Part shown: piece by piece, positions 4,565 to 6,114 of the stretch
How positions within the stretch are numbered: position 1 is the first letter of the stretch
Layout: each line of letters starts with the position of its first letter
DNA from: a virus
Direction: 5' to 3' (one strand)
Virus record (IMG/VR): IMGVR_UViG_3300045988_015702
Location: 1 to 6,114 of that record
Length of the DNA: 6,114 nt
The notes under the pieces: generated by a model
The model's database searches: none
Told to the model about the DNA's origin: nothing
Seen by the model: only the letters and a program-made list of their open reading frames with translations
Made by a program: the position numbers and the translations under genes

Positions 4565-6114
4565 TTAATAAGGTAAACCATTTCTATCCAAGTTCTGAAC
4601 AGCATATACTTGGAAATTAACATTACACAACAATTGGTCAAATGCAACAGAACAGTTAGAAGCATCAACCTGTGGAACAAAAATAGAATTCAACTGCTGA
4701 GGACGAACCTTCATAGATTGATAAGACCAAGCACCGGAAGAAGTCAACACTTGCCAACCGTCAAGAGGAGCAGCCCAAGACTGATAAACGGCACCAGCAC
4801 GAAATCCGGCATGGACAGTATCAATATTAGACTTCCATTGCCAATAGCGGAGATTATAGCCAAGAGAGCCGGAGACAGAACGACCTGGATTATTCTGAAG
4901 ATTCAGAGCGGGAACAGCCTGCATACCAAGCTGGTCAAACGCAGGTTGCGGAAAGTCAGAGATAGCAGTCACAGTCAATTGAGGACTTTGACCGGTCAAA
5001 TTCCAATCCAACATAGGCACAGCATGATATACACACATAATTACCTGATGCTCAGCGCCACAATCATAAGTAAGAGTATGTCCGGAATTACTAGATACAC
5101 CCTTGCCGGCAATAGAGGCCTGAGAAGAATCGGTATCAAGATTAGTATTAACAACCTCATTGATATTGATTACACTGGACCAACCTCCGATATAATGAGC
5201 ATGGTTACCCATATATTCGGGAGCTTTAATACCGAATTGAGCGGCCATCTGGTCCGAATAATCCTTGCTACTAAATTGAACTACTTCTTTCCAACGCTGG
5301 AGATATTCTGTGGCACGAATTGACAATGCAGATAAATCAGAGTTAAGATAAAGAGCACGGTCATTTAACGAAGTATTAGCAGCAGCCAACGAAGTTTGAG
5401 AAGGAGCGTTTTTAACAATAGAAATACCTGAGAGAGAACCTTGACCCGAAGATTCAGTACCGGCAAGAACCATGCTAGAACCACGAGAAGAAACAATAGA
5501 GGGGAGGACAGCTACCGAACCATATTGAGAAGAGGGAAGCATACCCATGAAATAATCTTTAGGATAATTCGCATAACGTAACTTAAGCATATTCACAGAT
5601 AATGGGATATCACCAGTACCAGACCAATAATCTACATTATAAGAATAAGCCAAATGTTTTTCCCATTGAGAATTACTAAAGAAATCAAAATAAATCTTTT
5701 GATAAGTAAAAAGAGGCAACATATTAACAATCTGTGAAGTATCAAAAACCAAAGGATTATCAGCGTCACCAAGAGCATCAACACCCAGATACTTCTGAGT
5801 AATAGCAGCCTTACTCGAATTGGAAGACGAAAGTATAGAACCGTAACCAAGCATATCAAGTAACTTACAAGAGCCATAGACAATAGGAAGACCAGCATCG
5901 TCACGAGTATTAGTCTGGTCTCCGGCGTTAGCTAGCTGAAGGAACGTACTAATAGAACTCTGAGAAACTTTAGGGACAGAAGTAAGCACAGAAGTATTCT
6001 CGGAAGAACTAGCGGCACTAGTCATATAATCCGTTAGCTGCGTAAACGCCTGTGGAAGCGCACGAGAAATCAGGCGTAACGGCACAGCATAGAAATCATA
6101 ATACTCCTTAATAC
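4565..6114 (-). CDS. VP1: Major capsid protein VP1 (F-like), main body. The full protein is 583 aa when joined to 257..1; 6060-6114 duplicates 1-55
   Basis: A 506-aa open frame carries typical microvirus capsid blocks: LPLFTYQKIYFDFF, RYANYPKDYF, YLQRWKE...AAQFGIK, HQVIMCVYHAVPMLDW, PAFDQLGMQAVP, YNLRYWQWK. The C-terminus is NFQVYAVQNLDRNGLPY. The frame stays open upstream of the track start (GTG at 6085) to the window end. Confidence 0.95.
   Translation of the reverse strand, partial: IKEYYDFYAVPLRLISRALPQAFTQLTDYMTSAASSSENTSVLTSVPKVSQSSISTFLQLANAGDQTNTRDDAGLPIVYGSCKLLDMLGYGSILSSSNSSKAAITQKYLGVDALGDADNPLVFDTSQIVNMLPLFTYQKIYFDFFSNSQWEKHLAYSYNVDYWSGTGDIPLSVNMLKLRYANYPKDYFMGMLPSSQYGSVAVLPSIVSSRGSSMVLAGTESSGQGSLSGISIVKNAPSQTSLAAANTSLNDRALYLNSDLSALSIRATEYLQRWKEVVQFSSKDYSDQMAAQFGIKAPEYMGNHAHYIGGWSSVININEVVNTNLDTDSSQASIAGKGVSSNSGHTLTYDCGAEHQVIMCVYHAVPMLDWNLTGQSPQLTVTAISDFPQPAFDQLGMQAVPALNLQNNPGRSVSGSLGYNLRYWQWKSNIDTVHAGFRAGAVYQSWAAPLDGWQVLTSSGAWSYQSMKVRPQQLNSIFVPQVDASNCSVAFDQLLCNVNFQVYAVQNLDRNGLPY
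6060..6114. repeat. Second copy of the 55-nt terminal redundancy; unique genome length is 6,059 nt
   Basis: Identical to 1-55. 6114 - 55 = 6059. Confidence 0.97.

Noticed and set aside
4610-5323. Long + strand ORFs antisense to the genes: 237 aa (4610..5323), 155 aa (1436..1903), 73 aa (2068..2289) and 66 aa (3816..4016). The 65-aa ORF at 343..540 was considered alongside them.
   Set aside because: For the first four, the first base of each + strand codon coincides with the third base of the - strand gene codon. For example, 4610 mod 3 = 2, which equals the VP1 third positions. The same check holds for 1436/VP4, 2068/peptidase and 3816/VP2. More than half of the gene codons end in T, so the antisense codons mostly start with A and cannot be stops. 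Long antisense ORFs therefore arise automatically. 343..540 is in a different antisense frame, so this argument does not cover it. I reject it simply as short. Microviridae are also known to express only one strand.
5632-5904. Highly hydrophobic same-strand ORFs embedded in genes, considered as phiX174 E-like lysis or membrane proteins: 90 aa (5632..5904 in VP1), 79 aa (3422..3661), 60 aa (3875..4057), 106 aa (3092..3412 in VP2), 86 aa (1405..1665) and 64 aa (328..522 in VP4).
   Set aside because: All are in the +1 frame of the host gene. The start offsets from the host gene start are 181, 451, 55, 700, 289 and 1432, each equal to 1 mod 3. With T-ending codons this frame has T at codon position 2. 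That gives Leu/Ile/Val/Phe-rich, stop-poor translations along their whole length, so this is a compositional artefact pattern rather than discrete TM domains. None has independent support.
1-6114. Integrase, att sites, transposase, CRISPR array or defence/anti-defence cassette.
   Set aside because: No ORF with such motifs and no spaced direct-repeat array were found. The only long direct repeat is the terminal assembly overlap. The genome is fully accounted for by seven same-strand ORFs plus one non-coding region.

Overview
The window is one complete, circularly permuted genome of a small ssDNA phage of the family Microviridae. Unit length is 6,059 nt, and nt 1-55 recur exactly at 6060-6114. 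The sequence is given as the reverse complement of the coding strand, so every gene I can support lies on the - strand. All genes show strong T-ending codon usage.

In the direction of transcription, starting from the single 384-nt non-coding region (2583-2966), the order is:
- a Bacteroides-type promoter candidate (TTTG-N19-TATATTTG)
- a 64-aa orphan ORF
- a 27-aa single-TM micro-ORF
- a 102-aa M15-type zinc peptidoglycan peptidase
- a 559-aa HUH rolling-circle replication initiator (VP4 / phiX A-like)
- a 583-aa major capsid protein (VP1 / F-like), split by the linearisation point: start ATG at 257, body at 6059..4565
- a 147-aa acidic protein (scaffold candidate)
- a 381-aa DNA-pilot / minor capsid protein (VP2 / H-like)
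- a GC-rich hairpin cluster including a terminator-like stem-loop

Genome size, the long VP4, the absence of Shine-Dalgarno motifs and the promoter motif tentatively suggest an Alpavirinae-like phage of a Bacteroidota host. I see no rRNA, tRNA, CRISPR, integrase or transposase.

The most unusual content is a possible two-component lysis module (micro-TM ORF coupled by an ATGA overlap to the M15 peptidase) and the structured GC-rich non-coding region. The many other ORFs in the six-frame track are explained by codon-bias artefacts; the frame arithmetic is under noticed_but_rejected. All homology statements rest on motif recognition by eye, and no database search was run.
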